From: Phoronis australis
Taxonomy: Eukaryota; Animalia; Phoronida
DNA: 64,000 nt
Reading direction: 5' to 3'
Assembly (NCBI GenBank): GCA_002633005.1
Contig: NMRA01000237.1
Span: forward strand, 492,092 to 556,091
Shown piece by piece: positions 40,101-49,100 of this stretch; the stretch's first letter is position 1; each line of letters opens with the position of its first letter. Under the pieces are notes generated by a model that was not told where the DNA came from, did no database searches, and saw nothing but the letters and a program-made list of their open reading frames with translations. The position numbers and the translations under genes are program-made.

Positions 40101-43100
40101 TGTTTTGTGCATTTAAAGGAGTTATAGCTTTGATTCTAATCCGTTTCAATGAAAAAGAGTATTTTTCGAACATAACGAATGACTGAAATATTTGTTTCAG
40201 CGAGTTGAGAGACAGGGGAAATTCTCTCCGAAGCGCCGTCTATTGGAGAACTTCATGAAATCCCAAGAACAAGTTCCAGAAACGCGGGAAACAACAACCC
40301 AATCGGACACTGCTCTCGACGAGCCCGAGTATCCGTTTCAAGCCGAGGATCAGACGTGGATCGAGTGGCTGTCTCGATACCAGCATGGCCCTGATACTTT
40401 CCTCATTCCTCTCAACGATCCGGAGCTTCCGGTCCGCTTAAGGTCTTACAGAAGAACCGAGGGACAAAGGTCTAGTGCCGACACCAAGCTTTCCGAAGAG
40501 ATAGAATCTGACATTGAATTCATTCGGTCCCGCACAATGAAGGAAAGACGCAAGCTGACTGAATTTGACACCACTGACGTGCCTAAGTTGAAACTTACAA
40601 AATTGGAGGCGGTGACAGGCTTAAGTTCTATCGACAGCAAGCTGCTGGCCATCAAGCGCCAACTGGATAGTGGCGCTGAAATGAAAAGAGTTGCTCGCGT
40701 CGAAGGAGGTATAAGTGTAGCGTGTAAATGTTTGGAGCACGAGAGCTTTAATAAGAGTAACGAATTAACTTATAGCCATCAAGTCAGGAGATTTATTAAC
40801 TCCACTGACGTGGCGGTCGACTTGGATGTCGGCGAACTGCATGAAGTGATGTGTTTGGAGAAACTGCATGCCAGCTTAAACAAGGTTACTGAAATACTCC
40901 GTAGTTCTGAGAGAACTCTGCATGCTGAATTTGAGGCGTATGCCTTAACGAGTAGAAAATGGAAAGTGAGATGCTCTGGCTGTTTAGGCAGTAGTTACTT
41001 GCATGCAGAAACACGTGCGTGTAATAACGTGAGTGATGCACCTGAATGTACGTTTGTACTAAATTTCTTAGAAAATACTAAAGAAGTTACGCTGGAGGCG
41101 CCTCCCCCATTTCCAGATTCAGAAACTGATTCAATAACTAATCATAATGTCGTGAACCTGTTGAGCGAAGACGGCAAATCAAACGAAAAGCTCAAAGCAG
41201 ACGACAATCAGAATCTGCTGAATACACCAACAGTTCACAATGTTGAACAAGTGAACGTAGATGAGATAAATGTTCTCACACCGATGGAGCCTCAGCCCTC
41301 TCTAAAAGTCATAGAGGACAGTGTCCAATCTGTTGCCACAAAGAAGCGTGTTCAGTTTCGCAGAGGCCGAAGTTCTAACTTTGACTCTACAACTGAAGCA
41401 GAGACGCCGTCTGTAGCCACACCCATAATTGTTGAACCTATAACACTGAGCTCTACGCCAAAAATGGCGACTGTAGCCACGGAAGTGTTGCTCAGGCGCA
41501 GACGAGCCTCACAACCAGTCGTCATGGGAATGAAGCAGCCACAGCGTCTAGTTACTAGAGACGACTCAGTCCTTAAATTATTCTCAACGCCAACCGTTAA
41601 AGGAAGGATGGATTCCTTGCAAGTTCCCAGAACTAATCCATTAGGCAGACGATCAAGCGGTTCAATTGTTCCGCTCAACAGCCAACGACGCAATTCGACC
41701 GCGGAATGTCTTGATTTTTTGTTGGATAGGCATCTTGATCGTTCTTTGAACACGTTCAAGCCGATAAAACCATCAACAATATACAAAGCTGCGTTTGCTC
41801 AAGGATTAGTTGTTGGAACTTGTGCTGCTCTCGTGTTTCGCTTTCTATGCATATTTTTTTAATTTTTATTTTTGTCTATTTATTACTATTGTTCTTGACA
41901 AGCTCGTTTGTTTGGATTATATAAACTTGTCTATCTAGACAGTTTAAATAAAACGTTAAACTACTAAAAAAACTACTAAAATCGTTGTCCACATTGCGAC
42001 ATCTTTGTGTATGGAATGGCAGAAAAATTAAATTTCCATTAGTCTACATTGGGTTCCTAGACCCCGATTTCTTACAATGTGACTGAAGCATAAACACAAA
42101 TGGTGCGAAATGCTTCTCATAAGATTTGTCCAGTTTCATGGCTACTACTAAACTAACTAATTTCGTAGCTAGGTCTAACTTGTTTAACAGCACGTTGTTA
42201 AGTCCAACTCAGCACTAATTACACGGAAGGTCACACACTTTAAGCCTCAGTAAATCAGAAATCTATTAAGCGCCAAGGGGTTCTTGATCGAGTAACTTTC
42301 TGCGCGTTGAAATGTGCATAATCAATGCGTATTTTTAGATATTTAACGATCATCGTTCGCTCTTATTCAACGCGTACTTTTGCCTAGTCAACGCGTTGTT
42401 TTACTTAACCAACGCGCAGTTTTGATTATCCAACGCGTGCTTTTAGTTTTTATAGATCATATTTCAGCTTACTTTTGCTTGACCAACACGTTGTTTGACT
42501 TAATCAACGTGCTGAATTGGTTATGTCCAGTCAAAGACAAGTTTACATTCACTATGTAACGGCGCCGTCATTTACGAGGTCTCTTGATACGAATATGCAA
42601 CATTCTTTAAAAGTTGCCTTGCACCCATCTTAAAAGTCTTGCTATTTTGAGATGAGAGGACGGGCTTGATTGGCCTATATGAACTGATTAAAAATACGCC
42701 TTGGCTAACTAAAACTATGCGTTGATTAAGCAAAGGTTCGCGTTGAATAACAGTAGAACGATGATTGCCCAAGAACTAAAGGCACGTTTTGATTAAGCAC
42801 ATTTCAACGCACAGAAATGTACTCTTAAGAACCCTATGGCGCTTCTGATAGAAATCAGGTTTGTACTGGTGAATCATTCCGTTGAAGAAGTCAATGGACT
42901 ACTCGGTCTATGTTGTTATGTGTAAATAAGAGTACAAATGGACGGCAGCAAACAACCAAAACGAAGATTCCACCCCAACCGGCATGGGACTTTAGGAAAG
43001 TAGTCCTCGAATTTTTATCGACCATTTGCCTGAGTGAGAAGCCTCAGTGACCCACGTTTACTGACCGCTTCCCTTGACTTTTTGTCGAGCAACGGTTTTC

Positions 43101-46100
43101 AAAGAAAATCGGAATGTGCTACATTCACAGTTGGTACGAAACATACCTGGATTGAAAACCACCCTCTGTTCTATTCACGTGACCTTCACGAATATTCGCA
43201 GTCTCAAACTATCAAAATCTGCAGTGAAATAACGTCACTCAAAAATCCAAAACAGACAATCCTCTTTTAAACGTCCTTGTGCGTTCCCTTGACTTCAGGT
43301 CGTATCCAAATTATTTCCATTCAACTGTCCCAGCCAACAGAGACACTCGACAGGTTTCGAAGCAAACAAGTCACATGTCTACATGCTGTCGTGACTTTCT
43401 TAGGGCACACAGTAAAAAGATCATAACCTGAACAAGATCGAGCTATTGTCGAGAATCTAGAATTGTCGGTAAATACTGCAAAACGACCAGGGAGCCCACG
43501 TTTACTCTCTGTACTCGAAACTCGAATCGGAAAGTTGACAAACTGCATGGCACACTTCGAATAAAGTTACTCAAACCATTTTGTACGATTCCGGTTTTTT
43601 TCCAAAACGCTGACATCTTGATTTTTGACAATAGATTTCTCGGACTCAAAGGGCTTAAAAAAGGAAATCCCAGACACCCTTTTGTAGTTCATAGAACAAA
43701 GAAACGGCATTTGTAAGTTTCGAGCGAAAAAATCAAAATTTGTGGAAAATAGTGCGATCTCCGTGGAAAATCGCGAATTTTTAGAAAAAGTGCAGTCACA
43801 TGATCACGATCGTCTGAAATGTGTTTTCGTGCACTTAATAAGATTCTGTAATACACAAAGATTTTAAAAACATATAGTTTTATGAGTCTACTATTAATAG
43901 TTTAAAAGTTATTTTAAAAATCAAATCTTTGGTAACGAGAGTAGACAGTGACCTTAAATTCCATGTCTGAGTCCGAGATTGAAGGTTTTGCCTGGGACCT
44001 GGAGGTTGTTTCATAAAAAGTGACGCTATGCAAAAGTCAGAAATTTTGTTTTATGCTCCCACTTGCTAAGTGAAATTTCCAAGACATTAAAATTTATAAA
44101 CAATATCTATAAATTAACTGACTAATTAGCCACTTAGGCTACAGGGAGACTTCGTGCTTTGCTGCATAGATACTATTTGTGGATATGCGTGGAGCATTAC
44201 TATCGAAATTTTTTACTTTAAAAGAGAACGGCCCTCTGATCGAGGTGGAACCAACAATGATGCTATTTCAATGGAAATTCTAAATAAGCTGTGACAACAA
44301 TATGGAAAGGCATTTCTTTGCATCGCACCGTGTTGTGCATACTCCTTTGTCCCAGGGTGAAAGTAACCATTCTAAGGCAAAAATAACAGTTTACGCAACC
44401 CCATAAAAACTACCCCGTTTTCTGATTGTCTTTCATACATTCTGACTTTATCTTTACAGGAACGATCCCAGTGTTCTGTGAGAAACTGCGCGACACAGCG
44501 TACAATGTCGGCGAACCGGTCACTCTGTTTTGTCACGTGATAGGAACCCCATTTCCAAGTATCACGTGGTATAGAAACGATCAACTGTTGTCTGGCGGCG
44601 GGGACGCGTCCGATTCCAGCGAGCGCCTTGGTTTCACGCACTCACCAGATGGCCGAGCAACGCTGACGATCTTCAACACAAAGCCGCATGACGCTGGCGT
44701 TTACAAATGCGTCGCTAGAAATAAACTTGGCCGAGTAATCAGCAAAGCTCGCCTTCTCCTCGGTGGTGAGAATTATTCATAATCAGACGAAACCCAAATA
44801 GTGGGAAAGAGCGGCACCAGATTACCTTTTTTCGGATTTAGGTGGTTTAGAGTTATCTCATACGTCTGTCCATTTGGATTGTTGTTTTCTCCTCTTGATA
44901 TTCTAAATCCGCCTATCTGAGATTAGATAAATGCACTCCTAACTGGCTTCTTTTTTACGATTTAGCAAAGATAATGACGTTGTTCATGGTAATTAATGTA
45001 TATACACGGGGGCCTATTTTGACTTCTGATAAGCCGCCAAGACATTGGACGAACATTAACTAAATATTTAATATAGGAAACTTTCGCAATTGTGGTATGA
45101 ACTTTTTTACACGGGAAGTTGCATACATTCTACAACGTTGGAGCTCAAGTAACAAAGACTGGAGAGTGGTAAATAAAATTGCAGGTAAATTATTGATATA
45201 ATTAATTTAAAAAGGGACAGAGACGTTAACTTGACAACGTCTGAATTTCGTACGCATAAAATGCAACGAATTCCAGACAAGGGGGACTTACCTACAGCAC
45301 AAACTGGGACAATTAAGAATGTGAACCCAAATTTATTTCAGATGTTCCTGAACGACCTGGAAGACCGGTTGTTTCTCACGTGGGGGCACGTGACATGCTG
45401 GTTATTTGGGATGCCCCAAAATCGGATGGCAACTCACATATTGTGTCCTATAGAGTTGATTGTCGCAAAGAAGGTAACGATTTTTATGTTTTTTTATAAA
45501 CTATGATATGCTTTGTGTTTGAAGGTAATTTAGAATGTTTTCAAAAGATCCCAAGGCGATTGTTGAAGAAGTAAATTTGAATCGATTCGTGAGAAGAAAG
45601 GTTTCCGTAATCATTTTCCTTTCGCTTAAATGTCCCTTTCAGACTTTCTGTTGCAACCGCATTTATGTATTTCTGAAATTCATTGCCTTAATCATGTCTA
45701 GTAGTCATGTGGCGCTAGTCCTGTTCACCGCATTTTCTCCGAACGCGCCATCTTTCGAGCGAATGTCAATTGCGTTCTGTTGTTACCTATAGGGGATAGT
45801 CGTTGGACTACTTGTTCTTACGTCATCGACGAATGCGCGCTGGTGAGAGGTCTACACCCGGAAACAAAGTGCAGGTTTAGAGTCTCTTGCCAAAATAAAT
45901 TTGGAGTGAGCCCGTACAGTTACTCATCGATGGAAGCTATCACAAAACCAGAAGGTACCATATAGTAGATTAGTGGAAATATTTTAGCCAATCATAACGC
46001 CAAATGAAGCAAACTAAATGATCAAATGTGTGGATCGCATTACCAACCAATAATACAACTTTCTTCTTTGACCTTTTGCATATGATTCTTGGGGAACAAC

Positions 46101-49100
46101 AGCCCGTTACAGGAAGAATAGAGACATTCTTGGGGCAATATGCTAAACTATTCAAAGCAAATGTTACACGATTCTTCGAAGTGGAACAAATACATCTACC
46201 TACCTAGCCTCTCGTGGCCTTTGGGGGAGGGGTTGCATGACGTTATGCCAAAACTTTTATTATTGTGCTCTATGCAATACCTTGCCAACCAAGTCTACGT
46301 CCAGAAAACTACGTTCGCCCGCCCTTCCCCTGGTCACCTCATTTAACATAAGGCCATTTCCTCAATTATTCATTATACTTTTTCACAATAACTAATTTCA
46401 TGTATTTAAATCACTGCCTTTCCAGGTTTTCCAATGACTTCTGTCAGTAAAGAATTGAGGAGGTCACTGGTGCGCTCGAAAGCAGCCAATGAGAACCCAT
46501 CTCCGCATGAGAGTCCGACCAACAGCAGACGTGCTTCCGAGAGTGACGTAACTGATGAAGTCGTCCAGTTGAAGAACACAGATCCGAAGGAAGACTATAA
46601 CTTCTTGGCGGAAGTGACAAGGTAGGTGTGCCGTTTTACGTAAGCAAATGACAGTTACCGTTTCTCATCTTCCATAGTTATAATTGACAACCCTCTGTTG
46701 ACACGGATGGCAATACGTCAAACTTGGGAAAATAGGCACTTTCCATCGAGAGTTCATATGAAAATTTTTCTGATGTTTCTTTAAGTTTTAACAGTCTTAC
46801 CTACAATCATCGCCATTTCTGTTCTCGAAAATTGGTCAAATGCATGTCACGATTCCAGATACAAATTTATACTCAAATCAAGCGGTGTGGTTGGTCATGT
46901 TTCGAGTCCGAGTCCCGGTCAGGTCTCAGTTGAGTACGTTCTACTTTTATGTATATTCTTACAGAGAATTACACCGGACATCCATGGGCAATAACACACA
47001 TCCTGTGTGAGAACTTCTAAGAACCAGAGCATGATTGGTAACAGAGAATAATATTTGAAGTAACCTAGTGAAATCGCTGTTTCATTTTCAGAGGTGCATT
47101 CTCCACAGCCGTTAAGTGCCAAAACAAGAAAGGCGAATTAAGAATTGCCAAAGTTGTCAGATGTGACGACTCTGGAACCGAAGCAGCGCTGCACGAATTC
47201 AACTTACTGAAATCTCTAAGTCACGAACGTCTCGCGAGACTTCACAATGCTTACCAAACACAGGACTTTGTCGTGCTCGTCATGGAAAAGATGTTTGGCG
47301 GAAACGTAGTCCAGTGGCTGTCATTCAAGAACAAGTATAGCGAAGAACATGTTGTTCGCGTACTTCGACAGGTTCTCGATGGTTTACAATACCTGCAACA
47401 CGAAGGAATCGCACATTTGAATATTAAACCTGGGAATGTGATGATGGCAAACAGAAGAAGGATGGATGTTCGAATCATCGACTTTGGCTACGCCCGCAGC
47501 ATCACTGGTCCAGATGGAGAGAAAACTGACAGATTTGGTGACCCTGAATACATGGGTGAGAATCATGAAAACCTCCTGGTTTAAAGTATTATCATAAAGA
47601 CGTTTTAAGATGCACTCATTTGAATACTTATTTGTTCAATTCATTGATAACGTTTGAAAAGCAGCGAGGGACTCTTTTGGAATTTTTGAGACATTTTCGC
47701 AATCAAACGATATCAATTGAGTGTTCATACCTTTGCCTCGTTGCACGTGTATCGGTGCTGTTGACTCTGAAACGGCAATGATCACATTTTCACACGTTAT
47801 TTACAAGGGTACCAAACCCTGTTTTGACTTATGAACAAATATTAAAAATGACGTTCTCAGCTAGTTCTCAGAAACAAAATTAATGCTCTTAAATTCTCGA
47901 CAATCCTCTAATGTTTTGAGCAGAATTTGGAAATTCCTTACGAAGTCTGCTGAACGAGCAAGCATGATTGGAGTTACACGACAACTGTAGGGAAAGACCA
48001 CCCACCATGAACCACAATATTCTATCTGTGACACAGAGAGAATGAGTTTTTAGTTGAATCCCGCTTCTATCACTCAAGTGGGGCGTCAACGATGCATTAA
48101 CAGGTGACAGAACGAGGATTGGTTGATATCACCAAAACAAGGTTTGGTATCCCTTTAGTCATCATACGAGTCAGTACCTGAGCGTAAGTGCAATGGTGAA
48201 ACTCCTTACGATGATTTTGAAAACCTGTGTGTCACCAGTTCCTATTCTTATCTTCAGCTCCTGAAGTTGTACACCAAGAGAAAGTTGGCTTCTTCACCGA
48301 CATGTGGAACATTGGAGTTTTAACGTTCATTTTGTAAGTAAATTTGATGAGTCGGGGACGCTCGGTAGAGTTCATGAAGTGAATACGCTTAAGGCACTTC
48401 GCCAACCTTCTGAAGAGTGTACGAAAAGTGCGATGAGTTTTGAAAACAGCAACGCACCGAAATTCTTACTGTGAAAACAGCTATTTGCAACTCATGATTG
48501 TAACGTCATCGTTAACGGATGTTCTTCGCATAAAGTTCAATTTGTTATCAGTTGAAGCGGCTACATATCTGCCTTCCGTCAAAAATACTTAGGATTCGGG
48601 ATACTTACAGTAATGTAACTGGTCTAAACTTCCCTCTTTCTCAAATACGATTGCTGAGCTTGGGGAGAACTGTTTGAGTTCTGGTCATTTTGTGGGCCAA
48701 TTATGGCCAGCTCTTTCCTAACCCAGGAAGCAATTTATATAAGTAAGTAGTCTGAACCAAGAGATAGATTCTGTGAGGCACTCAACGAAATCAACAATAC
48801 GGTTAATAAAACAATTACTGTCTAGTAGGCTACAATTACAACGTTAAGTTCTCTTGCAGGCTGAGCGGCGAATCTCCATTCAGGGCGGATACTGCCGATA
48901 AAACTGCAACTAAGATTAGCTTCCTCAAGTACGATACTCACGAACTTTACAAGAATATCACTAAGGAGGCGCTCAAGTTCATCTTCCAGTTGTTGAAACG
49001 CGTGCCCAGGTAATACTAACTTTTTCGAAATTGTGCGTTCAGGGTTGCATTCCGTTGACTTTAAACACCTGGCCCGCGAGAAAAGCTAAGTGTGATCACG

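Noticed and set aside
41848-41859. C-terminal CIFF as a CaaX prenylation signal
   Set aside because: An aromatic residue at a2 is unfavourable; a TM tail explains the hydrophobic end more simply.
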